Source of the DNA: Marsupella aquatica
Lineage: Eukaryota > Plantae > Marchantiophyta
Assembly (NCBI GenBank): GCA_973895155.1
Contig: OZ316897.1
Coordinates: 248,001 to 312,000 of the forward strand
DNA: 64,000 nucleotides
Reading direction: 5' to 3'
Shown: positions 1 to 11,364 of the stretch, one piece after another
Position numbering within the stretch: the first letter of the stretch is position 1
How the letters are laid out: each line of letters begins with the position of its first letter
Position numbers and translations under genes: made by a program
The notes under the pieces: generated by a model
Database searches by the model: none
Told to the model about the DNA's origin: nothing
Seen by the model: the letters and a program-made list of their open reading frames with translations, nothing else

Positions 1-1346
1 AGTGTAAGATACTGGAAAAGAAGCTACGGGAGTCCCGTAAGTCATTACGGGAGACCCAAGGGAGTCACGGAGCCACCGTGTCCCCATCATTATGGGCGGA
101 GATCTCACCTAGTCATGGAATAGCGGGGATGTTGGATATGCCACCCAGGACCGCAAACCCAGGAACCCCTTTGGCTATCGGTTAGGTCTTACCCTTGGAA
201 TTGCAGGGAGGGGAGGAGGCCGCTCTATGGAAGGACACGATCAGCCAGGGTTATGTTAGGGCCTGGCAAGCTTTGGCGGCATTGAGGAGACGGGGAGCCT
301 CTGGCCAGACCCCGGGAAGGACTCCCCCGGCAAGGAGAATAGTAGGTGTTACACCCACATCAGCGGAGGGCGCCGGCAGTGAGGATTCCCGGGGGTGGAG
401 TCCCGGTTCCGTGAGTGAGTCCAGGGAAGACTAGTGAGGCATACGGACGTTGGTCGTACGGATTTTGAATTATTCAACACCTTGGATGAGGAGAATCACG
501 GGCTTGTTGGAAGAAGCTCGAGGAGCTAATTCCGGCAAGGTGTGGCACGCCTGGAACGGAGTCAGGATGAAGAAGTTATGAGCTCGGGCGTATTATGGAT
601 TCAAACATCCGTAACTTGGTCGTCCGGGATCCGTTTTGAGTGCTGCTTACGGATTTGTGTTTGGGAGGAGCAGAGCTACCCAGGGCTGGGGGTTTAGGGT
701 TTAGGGTTTAGGGGAGTAGTTCAAAATGGTTTAGGGTTTCGACCTTGAGTGGCCCCCTCACTTCCCCGTGACTACCAAGTGCGGTTGGCACCGTCGAAGG
801 CACCGATGGTCCCATAGTTAGATTAGGGTTTTAGGAGCATGTGTGTGCCGCATGTTTTAGGTTAGGGATTCCTTGTGGAAGGTTTTTGCAGCGCCGCTAG
901 GGTAGCCGCCATCCTTGTGACCCCGTGAGGGGTGCTTTGGTGTGTTTGTTTTGAGTATTTAGGGGGAAGCCCCGTAGTAGTGGGGGGGGGGAACTCAGCG
1001 TAGTGCTTTGATGCTTTTGAGTAGCTTTTGTGAGTAGGGCACCGATTAGGAGAAGTTCAAGCCAGAGTAGTGAGGTGGAGAACGTAGCACTTGTCCCCGA
1101 GAGGCAGGAGTTGGGCAGACGGCAGGAGGCCGGGTTGTCCTTGCATGTGTTACGGGAAAACCAAAAGATATGGATTTGGCTTGAGGTTCCAATATTTTGT
1201 GTGTCACTTGTTGTTGCTTGTGTTGTTTATTTTTCTCCCCTAGTGCATGTGGTCGGTTTCGTTGTGGAAACATTTGCCCTTATCACTAGTGTTCAAATCT
1301 TATTGTAAACGTTTGTATGCTTGCCCATGAGAGGGGGGTGGTGACA
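1..1346. mobile_element. Terminal part of a probable Ty3/gypsy-type LTR (left end outside window)
   Basis: GC-rich non-coding tract ending GAGGGGGGTGGTGACA (CA at 1345-1346), typical of a plant gypsy LTR end; contains telomere-like tracts; no partner LTR visible. Confidence 0.4.
693..713 (+). repeat. Interstitial plant telomeric repeat (TTTAGGG)x3
   Basis: TTTAGGGTTTAGGGTTTAGGG read directly; a further copy at 730-736. Confidence 0.9.
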
Positions 1347-4300
1347 GCACTCACCCGATGGGCATGAGTTGTAGATGGTAGGACCAGTCCCTTGGACTTG
1401 ATCAAAAACGGAGAGACCAGTCGGTAGACTTGATCAAAAAGTACACTCATGGGAGCAGAATCAAACATACTCATCCTTAGGTGTGGAAATTCTCCAAATA
1501 GCGTCCCTTCACGACCCCGTAATACAATACCAACGGTTTAAACGAAGGAAAGTAAGGTTTGCACGTATTAATCATTGGATAGGCAAGTGACACAGCCGCA
1601 CCCTCAGCTTGGGTACGGTCTGTGGTAAATGTGGTCAACCTTAGCTCGGAGGACGAAGGAGCCCCTCCCCTTAATCGCAACCCACCGGGTACTTATAGTG
1701 CAAGGCCGGGTACAGCCCAGGTGGACAACATAGTGACGGTAGCGGCTCCGGCGCCAGTACTCACGATGGTAGCCCTACCACGGCCGGATAGGGAAGATGG
1801 GGAGGTGTCCCCCTCCACGAGCCACCCCTGGAACCAGTCTCAGGGGAGGAAGAGGAAGGAGCCGGCTGCAGTATCCGGGTTACCTTTGGCACTACCGTGG
1901 CCAAGCTAACCATGCATCGCATGGGGGAGAATGTTCATAAGAGCATTCTTCGTGCCCTAAGCATGCATGCTACCTGAAGACCCAAGGGTTCGAGAACCTC
2001 GCCGCTCTCCCTTGGAATACTTGCAGGTACTATGGGCAGGACATGACGGAGTTCATCCAGAACTTTGACGAGGCCCGCTAGCTGATCTGTGGGCACGGAC
2101 GAGTAATGTCCCTAAACGAGGCATGGCTTAAGTTGATCTTTGGCTTACCTAAGGGAGTAAACCGGGTAGAGTCACGGGCTCTAGGGGGCAAGGGAGCCAA
2201 GTATCAGTCTTCCAGCTTCCCGACCGAGGGTGTGGTGGACAACGGCTTCTTGATGAGGACATGTCTCATCCCGGAGAAAGCAGAGCGGCTCAAGTTTCAG
2301 CGATACGGTCTCCACATGATGGAGCCACAAGGAGAGATATCAGCTGCACAGGTGATCCAGGTCGAGAACTACCGGCCAAGGAAATGGGCCTCTTTCTTCG
2401 TAAAGAAATTCCATGAGGAGATGGAACAAAGAAGGAAGACCTTGTACTTGGGCGGGAAAGCATACCTTGCAAGCCACATGAAATTATCATTGAGTGGTAC
2501 GCCCGTTTTGACCAACAACCCTTCCGCGGCTCAATAAGCCCGAACTCACTCCGTCAAGGTGGGTCTTCCCGGCTCAGGAGAGGCGGCCGCAGCGTGAAGC
2601 CCGAAGCCCGTCACCCATGGTGACCGTGATCACCTTGGCCCCACTAGCAGCTGCCGCCCCTCCTTCCGTACCGGATGAAGCGGTCATCGCAACCCTGGAC
2701 TCGATCAACCAGACTCAGGAGATCGACGAAGCTGAGTTGGAAGAAGCCGGACCCGGGCCCAAGATTATGATTCCGGAGGACATCCCGGTACCCTCCACAG
2801 CCGTGCAGGAGAATTCCCCGTCCCTGGTGGAGGATCCAGCCCCCTCCATCTTCGTTGTTCAGGGACTGGACGTCACCACTCCGACCCCTGCGCAAGCGGA
2901 GGTCTGTCCTTGCCCTACCCTGAGTGGGCATAACCTGGAGTGCCCGGAACACTTTGCACCAGGCACGTTTTTGAATGGGTTGCTGGGTGACTTCTCCCAG
3001 CAGATCGCATGGGATACGGGGGAGTTCATGGCCCGAAAGGTGGCCTACTTCTTCAACCAAGAACTGGTTGCGGCTGTAAGAGCGGGACATACCCAAGCCG
3101 AGACCACGCGGAAGATAGAGCGGTATCAGATTGAGGCAACCCGCCTGAAGAACGAAGCCTTAGCCTTAGAAATCAAGCTTCAACTTCTCCGACCTCATCT
3201 GGCGACCGCTTTGAACCAAGTAGCCAAAGCCGGGGCCCGAGAAGCCTTGGCTGAGCAAGCGGGAGCCGGAAAGGATGCCAAAATCTCACGGCTCCGGACC
3301 CAAATTGATGGCTTGAAGGGGCAAGCCGTCATTTGGCAAAAGGACATGGAGGAGGCTGAGGCTCGGGCTCAGCAAGACACAGCTGAGGTGGACACCCTAA
3401 AAGCAGAGGTGGCATGGCTTCAAGAAGAAGCCACAAAGCAGGCCCAATTGGTGGAGAAGCTGATGAGCAACGCCCAACAATTGAAAGAGGCGTGCCAGGA
3501 AGCCGTGGAGGAGACGGATGAGGCAAAGAGAGAAAACGAATCTCTCCTCGACCAGGTCCAACTACTAAAGCAGGACCTGGACCGGGTGCGGATGCAGCGG
3601 GACGGGCGCTCCAAGTCCAGCTCGGGTGGGTCTGGCAAGCGTGCCAGGCATTAGCGGCGTAGTAGATTTAGAGTAGAGTTAGTCTTTGAATAAACCCAAA
3701 GACAGAGTAGAGTTAGTTTAGTCAGGTAGGTCAGACACTAGGGACAAGCGCCGAAACTAGTTAGCAGCACTGTCTGGTCTGACCACCTCCGAGTTAGCTT
3801 AGAATCTTAGTATAGGACACGCCATTTTTTGGCCTGACAGTTAGCTAAGGATAGATTCGAGGACATCGCCATTCCGGGCCACGGCTCTTAGTTAGTATTT
3901 AGTGCACCCCTCGGTAGAGGCAGGGGGATTTTAGATTCAGAACCGGGTGTCCAAAGGATGTGCGGGGAGTCCCGGCCTTTATGAATAGAAGAGCACCAAG
4001 GAAGGAGGGTACGACTAAGCTCGCTGGGCGAGTGCGAAGCCGGGCTCCGTTGTGGTGTACATCTCCTTGTCGTTGGGCCTGTCCATTCAAAAGACGTCGA
4101 GTCAACCGTGTATATGTGTATAGTGGATTATGAAGTAAAGTCTTTTCCCCACCATTTCCTTCGTGTAAACCAAGATTGTATGATTGTGGGTTCCGTTGCA
4201 TGAATGAGTCTCGTATGCGGGTAGAGGATGCTTGGCCGAATCCGTTATCCGAGCTGTGCACTGGGTGACCGCTGCGGATAGTGGTTGTGAGCCCAGATTG

Positions 4301-4579
4301 GATACCCGTATCATCGGATCCGGATCGAAGGCGGATAGTACGAAGGCTTAAAATCCCTTAAGCCGGGGTCGATCTCGCTATCGACTTAAGGTACATTCTG
4401 GCGGTGGAACACAAATCATACCCATGTTATGTACGCAGGTAAAAATAGGCGCACTTAGCGCTATATTGCGGGAGTAAGGTGTAGTTTGCACATCCCTCCT
4501 AGCCCGAACCCTTAAAACTAATGAAGATTATGACTGCCTAAGCCGAAATCCGTATAAGGATGAAGATTTCGGCGTGACA
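1347..4579. mobile_element. Distal part of a probable LTR retrotransposon carrying an accessory ORF
   Basis: GC-rich block ending GATTTCGGCGTGACA (4579), an LTR-type terminus; composition changes after it; the internal ORF recurs as a diverged copy at 13885-14934. Confidence 0.45.
1622..3654 (+). pseudogene. Disrupted TE accessory ORF (~680 aa originally); C-terminal 345 aa (2617-3654) still open, acidic/Pro-rich linker plus long coiled coil
   Basis: Three consecutive same-strand ORF pieces (1622-1909, 2106-2537, 2617-3654) separated by stops and frameshifts; E/A/K/Q-rich heptad-like C-terminus ending GKRARH. Confidence 0.55.
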
Positions 4580-4849
4580 GTGGGCAAGTGATCCTGATTT
4601 CACAGTGTAGTCTCTTTTGAAGTTGTTTCAAGATCTTGAGTCATTCTCCGGTGATAAGACTGGAGACTTATCGTTGAAGAGCATGGACATGTCCTGATCC
4701 TATTTTTGTTGCGCTTTTAGATCGCAGAGCTTTTGAGATTGGCTATTTGGAAAGGAAGCATGTGGATTTTGACCAGTTTAAAGGACTCGATAACAAGGCT
4801 CCGCATGAGCCTCGCATGGAACCCTTGTCCTCGAATTCCTTTCGACCCC

Positions 4850-4962
4850 TTCCACAACATTTGCACCTCAAACTGGACAATTCAAGGAAGGACAATTAGA
4901 ATCAGACCGTGATCGCATTTTGTAGTGCTAGCTCTTCGAGGAATGTTTGAGTTTGTGACACT
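4850..4962 (+). mobile_element. Short degenerate DNA-transposase-like fragment (DUF7869/Sola-like motif)
   Basis: Translates to PQHLHLKLDNSRKDN*NQTVIAFCS..RGMFEFVT, resembling from memory the LxLQLDNxxKDNKN..RGxF core of that family; contains a stop and a frameshift. Confidence 0.4.
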
Positions 4963-7481
4963 TCTCTTCCAAGTTGCTTCATGATCCCACATGTTTTGTT
5001 CACATAATCATATGATGGTCATTTAGGACTCATGCAACACCGGATGCAACAAGGCATATGACCTCGCACATAACTTTGATACAACACTTAAAAATATTTC
5101 CAAGGACTTGTCTCTCATTGAATTTAAGAATCTCTATAGGGAGATGGGGTACACAAACTAATTTCAGTCCATTCTACATTACTTTTTGTATGAATAGTCA
5201 TGAACTTTTGCATTTTTTCCTGGCTATCAAGTTGACCTTATTTATATGATATTTAAAATTAAAAGTATTCAAGAGTTTTATTTTGAGGTTTGAAATTAAT
5301 CTAATTTTAATTCAACTCATTAAGATAGGTTAGCTGTCCTTCTAGAGTACCCTGCTACAAGTCAAACTAACCAGTGATGTTTAGCCAATTAAGAGCTTCG
5401 AAAATACTGGATTGGTATTATGGAACAAAATAGTTTTCAACCACATTTTCCCAAAGAAATAGCTCACGGATCAGGTCCTTGGTTTTAATTGACGAGCTGG
5501 AAAAGCAACTTCCATCTCTGACAGGTCTTTCAGTTACTTCGTAGTGCTTTCCCGATTAAGTTTTTGAATGGGTTGCCATGGGGATGTCGCCCTCCTTCAA
5601 TCAATCTGGTCCTGAAATAATCGGAGAGTCGTGAACTGTGATGTATTCTCTCAAGCGACATCAATTTTGTTGCCACTTGCTTCAACTTGTTGTTCTGAAC
5701 GAATTGTCGAGCCTGCCCAATTTGCTACTTACACGGTCTGCATAACACTTGTTCACAAGTTCTTCTTTGAAGAAATGTCGTCAATTCTTCGTTTGGTATG
5801 CAGGACACTTTAGTTGGAAAGGGTTCTTTCTTGGAGGGCGATAAACAAGAGCACTCGCGCCATAAGTTTTCAGAGGGCAATGTGCAGGTATGACGGTGGG
5901 TTGCTTTGGGGTTTGGATGGAAGATCTTCTCATACTTTTTCTTCTCAAAGCTTGTAGTTTTGATTCTCAAGTTTTGATGGCAAAGCTGGGATGATTCGTA
6001 ACAGAGTCCAGCAGGAGGAATTGATCCTGGAGAAGATACCGCTACTGGTATGCTTCTAGGGCTTCCTCCAACTGTTACGCTGAGCTGAGATTCCTCTGCC
6101 CGGGCAAGGTTTCCCCAACAGAGCCTTCGCGTAATGAATATTCTTTCCTCAGTCCATGGGAAAGGAAAGATGAGACTTGAAATTTGAGGGCTCTGCAAGA
6201 TTGCACTATTTAGACTGATTTGAACCGTTGTCAAACAGGTAAGATCGTATTTCTCAAAACTGTACCATTGAGCTCCGTATTTCCGGCACGGGAACGGAGC
6301 TGACTCGATGGAACTTTTGGATATGGACCGCTTTAGGCAACAGTCCTCAGCCAGGTATGATTAATTTTGTATGCATGTCATTTTGTTGGATTTGATGTGA
6401 CCAAACGACCTTGAATACATTCTCAACAAAGACGTTTGATTTGCAGAGTTTATCCTTCATCTTCCAGTTTGATTGGTATTGGCATCCGCCATTGTTCTTG
6501 TACAGGGCTTTCAGGTAATGAGACTGAAGAGCGATTTCAACGTTATGCGTACCTACTTTTAAACAGAAACTCTTGTTCCAGCACCACGGTGTGACATTTA
6601 TGGTTGCGGGAATTTCCTGCTATAAGGCTTATGTGATCAAGACTTGAGTTGAACTTCAAGTTTGATTCTTTTTTCATGTTAAGAAACACAGGGTGGAGGG
6701 GTGGGGGGGCGGTGGGGCGGAGGCTGTTACATTCATGTCGCATGTGTCTCTTGACGGATTGTATAAGAGCCAAGTTAAAGAATGCTGGATAGCCTTTATT
6801 TCTGAATTGTAGGAGAGGGAGGGAAGCGCTTTCACGTTCATGTCATCTGCGTCTAATCACGATGGATTCTACAGATGATGGCTAGGCTTTATTTCTAAGT
6901 AGTCTCTTTTCAGAAACCTGAGATTCTGGTTTGTGTATAGCACAGAAAGGACAGTGTAGGCAACCTACAAATGCACGCCTGTCAAGATGCCCTAAGAGTC
7001 TTGCCTGTACACAACCCAAGGATAACATGTGACTTCTGGCTGAAGTATTTTAGTACCAATTCGATAGGCTCTTGACTCTGTCCTTTCTGTGGGTACAGTG
7101 AAATACCGGAGAAGGAACGAGCTTATTGATACCTGGATATGCCTTTCACAATTATTTCAATATTCTATTCTAAGATCATTGCATACTTGACAGATAGCCG
7201 TTACTTTCAGTTGGAAAGGAGTCATTTAACTTTTGCAAGTTATCTGTACCAAAGATCACAGCAGAGCAAGGGAGACAAGAAAATACATCTTTGGACGGAG
7301 GTAGGAATGCACCCTAGAACTCGAGAGGCTTACCGGTCTGCTCTCCATTTCTGAACACTCATTGTAGAAAGATCACTGGAAACATAGTCGTCAAGAAATA
7401 ACTAAAAATTCATTGCACCTCGTGGAATCTCCTGGATTTTATCCTGGTAGCAGATCTGATCGTGGGTTGTGGTGCTGACAG

Positions 7482-10400
7482 AGGAAGCCCAGAGCACCTG
7501 AGTTCGATCAGAAGTTGACAAGACTAGCACTTTGGGTGGATGGATGGTCAACCCCAGCGTGGGTTAAGGCAAGGGCGAATTTGATTACTCACTGCAGATT
7601 TCCATCTAATGTTAGTTATTGCACGCGAGATCGGTCTCAAGTCACTGCAAAAGGGATTGGCAGTAGGCATATGCATCCTGGTACCACGGGTCAAACAATT
7701 GCTATGTTGAAAGATCGTCTACAGCGAGGCATTACTATAGACTCGTACACATATGTTAAAGTTCTGCAAATGTGCTTGCAACAGAAAGACCTTTCAGGAG
7801 CCAAGCAAATTCATGACTGCATCATCGAGAGTGGAATTCACGAAAATCCATATGTGGCAATGACGCTCTTGAATGTGTATATAAAATGCGGAGGACTGTT
7901 AGATGCACGTCGAGTTTTTGATCAACTTGAGAAGAAGAGTGTTAAAACTTGGAACGCGATGATAGCAGGATATGCTAACAGTGATCATTCTGAATCTGTA
8001 CCGGAACTTTTTAATCAAATGCGACACGAAGGCGTGCAGCCTAATGAGATCACATATCTGAGCATCCTGAAAGGGTGTGCCAGCCCATTAGCTCTAACAC
8101 GCGGGAAAGAAATTCATGAGCGTATTCGACATGCCGGCTTTGAATCAGACGTGCGTGTAGGGACCGCCCTCTTACTGATGTACGCAAAATGTCGGTGCAT
8201 CACCGAGGCACGGATAGTTTTTGAAGAGTTGACCAATCGAAATGTCGTGACATGGAATGTTATGATTGGAGCATATGCAGAACGTGGTGATGGTGTGGAA
8301 GCATATCGACTATATCTCCAAATGAGACGTGAAGGCTTCGAACCAGATGCATTCACTTATGTCAGTATTCTTAAATCGTCTGCAAGCGAAGAGCCTTTGG
8401 AGTGGGTGAAGGAAGTTCATGAGCATGCTCGCAAGGCGGCACTGGATACCAATTTGCGTGTGGGCAGTGCACTCATTCACGTGTATGCAGAGGGTGGCAG
8501 TATAGATGACGCCCGACGAGTTTTTGACAGAATGGAGAAGCGCGATGTAATCACATGGAATGTAATGATCGGTGGACTTGCACGACATGGATGTGGGCAT
8601 GAAGCATATCGACTGTTTCTCGAAATGAGACGTGAAGGGTTCAAACCAAATGCAATCACTTATGTGAGCATCCTCAATGCATCTGCAAGTTCGGATTCTT
8701 TGGAGTGGGTGAAGGAGGTTCATAGGCATGCTAGCAAAGCGGGACTGGAGTCAGATTTGCGTGTGGGCAGTGCACTGGTTCACATGTATGCACAGAGTGG
8801 CAGTATAGCTGACGCCCGACTGGTTTTTAACAGAGTGGAAAAACGCGATGTAGTCACATTTAATGTAATGATTGGTGCACTTGTTCAACATGGATGTGGG
8901 GATGAAGCATACAGACAGTTTCTCCAAATGAGACGTCAAGGTTTCGAACCAGATGCAATCACCTATGTGAGCATCCTGAATGCATCTGCAAGTGCGGGGG
9001 CTTTGGAGTGGGTGAAGGAGGTTCATGCCCACGCTAGCAAAGCCGGACTCGAGTCTGATTTGCGTGTGGGCAATGCACTCGTTCACATGTATGCAAAGAG
9101 TGGCAGTATAGATGATGCTCGACTGGTTTTTGACAGAATGGAGAAACGCGATGTACTCACATGGAATGTAATGATAGGAGGACTTGCACAACATGGATGT
9201 GGGCATGAAGCCTATCGAGTGTTTCTCCAAATGAGACGGGAAGGCTTTGAACCAGATGCATTCACTTATGCGAGTATACTGAATGCATCTGCAAGTGCGG
9301 GGGCTTTGGAGTGGGTAAAGGAGGTTCATGCCCATGCTAGCAAAGCCGGATTGGAGTCGGATTTGCGTGTGGGGAATGCACTGGTTCACATGTATGCAAA
9401 GAGTGGCAGTATAGATGATGCTCGACTGGTTTTTGACAGAATGGAGAAACGCGATGCATTCAGTTATGCGACTATTCTGAATGCATCGGCAAGTGAGGAG
9501 ACTTTGGAATGGATGAAGAAAGTTCATGGCCAAGCTAGTAAAGCAGGACTGGAGTCGGACTTGCGTGTCGCCAATGCCCTCGTTCACATGTATACAAAGA
9601 GTGGCAGTGTAGATGATGCCCGACTGGTTTTCGACAGAATGGAGAAACGTGATGTTGTCACATGGAATACCATGATTGGGGGACTTGCACAACATGGATC
9701 TGGGTATGAAGCATATCGAGTGTATCTCCAAATGAGACGGGAAGGCTTCGAACCAAATGCAGTCACTTATGCGAGCATCCTGAATGCATCTGCATCTGCG
9801 GGGGCTTTGGAGTGGGTGAAAAAAGTTCATGCCCATGCTCTCAAAGCGGGACTGGAGTCGGATTTGCTTGTGGGCGGTGCACTAGTTCACATGTATGCAA
9901 AGAGTGGCAGTATAGATGACGCCCAACTAGTGTTTGACAGACTGGGGAAACGAGATGTAATCACATGGAACATAATGATCGGTGGACTTGCACAACACGG
10001 ACATGGGCATGAAGCCCTGGAACTTTTCAGAAAAATGAATGCGGACCATGTGAAACCCAACGAGAAGTCATTCATAGCTGTGTTGTCAGCCTGTTCTCAT
10101 GGAGGCCTTGTTGATGATGGCCGTAGACTCTTTTCAGCGATGACGCAAGACTATGGTATCGAGCGTACTGTTGTTCACTATAACCTCATGGTGGATATTC
10201 TTGGGCGGGCGGGACACTTGGAGGAAGCAAAGCAGTTCATAAGTGAGATGCCGATCGAACCAGATGATGTAACTTGGACAGCCTTGCTTGGGGCTTGTAG
10301 AACTTACGGTAATGTGGAGCTGGGCGAACTAGCCGCTAACGAGCTTTTCAAGTTGGAACCGGGTAAGGCCTCTACATATGTGCTGCTCTCCAATATCTAT

Positions 10401-10880
10401 GCTGCAGCTGGGAAGTGGGAGAAGGTATCATCTGTGCGCACAATGATGCAAGAGCGAGGTGTTCGGAAGGAGCCAGGGCGTAGCTGGATTGAAGTTGATA
10501 ACAAGATCCATGAATTTGTTGTGGGGGATACATCTCACCCAGAAGCGGAGGCGATATATACTGAGCTGAATAAATTGACTGAAAAATTGAAGGCTGAAGG
10601 CTACATTCCGGATACCCAGCTTGTGTTGCATGATATGAATGAGGAGGATAAAGAGCTAGCTCTTTGCTCTCATAGTGAGAAGTTGGCTATTGCTTACGGA
10701 CTTATGCACCTACCTTGGGGAGAACCAATTCGTGTAAGTAAGAATCTTCGGGTGTGTTCAGATTGCCACTCAGCAACCAAGTATATCTCCAAGGTGACCG
10801 GACGCGAGATTATTGCGAGGGATGCAAATCGGTTCCACCATTTCAAAGATGGAATGTGTTCTTGTGGTGATTACTGGTGA
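7482..10880 (+). CDS. PLS-class PPR protein with E1/E2 and DYW deaminase domain (C-to-U RNA editing factor), 25 PPR motifs
   Basis: Open ORF with repeated P/L/S motifs, PG box KEPGRSWIEV, HSEKLA, CSDCH and terminal HHFKDGMCSCGDYW*. The frame opens directly after a CTGACAG acceptor (7481); first in-frame ATG at 7671; true start uncertain. Confidence 0.95.
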   Translation, partial: RKPRAPEFDQKLTRLALWVDGWSTPAWVKARANLITHCRFPSNVSYCTRDRSQVTAKGIGSRHMHPGTTGQTIAMLKDRLQRGITIDSYTYVKVLQMCLQQKDLSGAKQIHDCIIESGIHENPYVAMTLLNVYIKCGGLLDARRVFDQLEKKSVKTWNAMIAGYANSDHSESVPELFNQMRHEGVQPNEITYLSILKGCASPLALTRGKEIHERIRHAGFESDVRVGTALLLMYAKCRCITEARIVFEELTNRNVVTWNVMIGAYAERGDGVEAYRLYLQMRREGFEPDAFTYVSILKSSASEEPLEWVKEVHEHARKAALDTNLRVGSALIHVYAEGGSIDDARRVFDRMEKRDVITWNVMIGGLARHGCGHEAYRLFLEMRREGFKPNAITYVSILNASASSDSLEWVKEVHRHASKAGLESDLRVGSALVHMYAQSGSIADARLVFNRVEKRDVVTFNVMIGALVQHGCGDEAYRQFLQMRRQGFEPDAITYVSILNASASAGALEWVKEVHAHASKAGLESDLRVGNALVHMYAKSGSIDDARLVFDRMEKRDVLTWNVMIGGLAQHGCGHEAYRVFLQMRREGFEPDAFTYASILNASASAGALEWVKEVHAHASKAGLESDLRVGNALVHMYAKSGSIDDARLVFDRMEKRDAFSYATILNASASEETLEWMKKVHGQASKAGLESDLRVANALVHMYTKSGSVDDARLVFDRMEKRDVVTWNTMIGGLAQHGSGYEAYRVYLQMRREGFEPNAVTYASILNASASAGALEWVKKVHAHALKAGLESDLLVGGALVHMYAKSGSIDDAQLVFDRLGKRDVITWNIMIGGLAQHGHGHEALELFRKMNADHVKPNEKSFIAVLSACSHGGLVDDGRRLFSAMTQDYGIERTVVHYNLMVDILGRAGHLEEAKQFISEMPIEPDDVTWTALLGACRTYGNVELGELAANELFKLEPGKASTYVLLSNIYAAAGKWEKVSSVRTMMQERGVRKEPGRSWIEVDNKIHEFVVGDTSHPEAEAIYTELNKLTEKLKAEGYIPDTQLVLHDMNEEDKELALCSHSEKLAIAYGLMHLPWGEPIRVSKNLRVCSDCHSATKYISKVTGREIIARDANRFHHFKDGMCSCGDYW

Positions 10881-11179
10881 ACCCAGATTGACAGCCGTGT
10901 TGGGCTGGCCGGAAAGTGACTCTAAAGTACTCACTGGCAGCGCAGATACAAACACGTTTTCGTGGTTGCAATTCTATAACATTAATTTTAAGATTCTGCA
11001 ACTTTGGGGTTGTTACTAGCCCTCTTCTGGCCGAATGACCATTTCATGTAAGCGAAATGTTACGCGAATTTGGCTCTGAGAGTCGAAATCATAGATGCTT
11101 TAAATCAAGCTCTTGGCTTGATATGTAGAGCTCTTGGCTCGATATGTTTTCAAAGGATAGAGACTAGATTCTCAACTCC

Positions 11180-11364
11180 CGTAAGAGACAATGGTTTAGA
11201 TGTTGTCAAAGAATACAGACTATCTCATGCAAATTAAGACGGTTTGCGTTTTTGGGTCCTTGCTGTCTCAACGTTCATAAGAGACAATAATTTCGATGTC
11301 TTGAAAGAATACTATGAGACTATCTCATGCAAAGATGGCTTGCTTGTGTAGGTCCTTGCTGTCT
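11180..11364. repeat. Imperfect ~96-bp tandem duplication downstream of PPR-DYW 1
   Basis: TAAGAGACAAT...AGACTATCTCATGCAAA...GGTCCTTGCTGTCT occurs twice. Confidence 0.75.

Noticed and set aside
5725-6234. 169-aa minus-strand ORF
   Set aside because: Non-ATG start and no recognisable domain; left unresolved.
8751-9836. 361-aa repetitive antisense ORF (and similar ones at 8310, 41143, 51527, 52409)
   Set aside because: Shadow frames of the PPR repeats; their periodicity mirrors the sense-strand 303-bp unit.
10470-10880. Possible U-to-C (DYW:KP-type) editing domain
   Set aside because: All three loci have the canonical PG box, HSEKL and DYW end of C-to-U enzymes.
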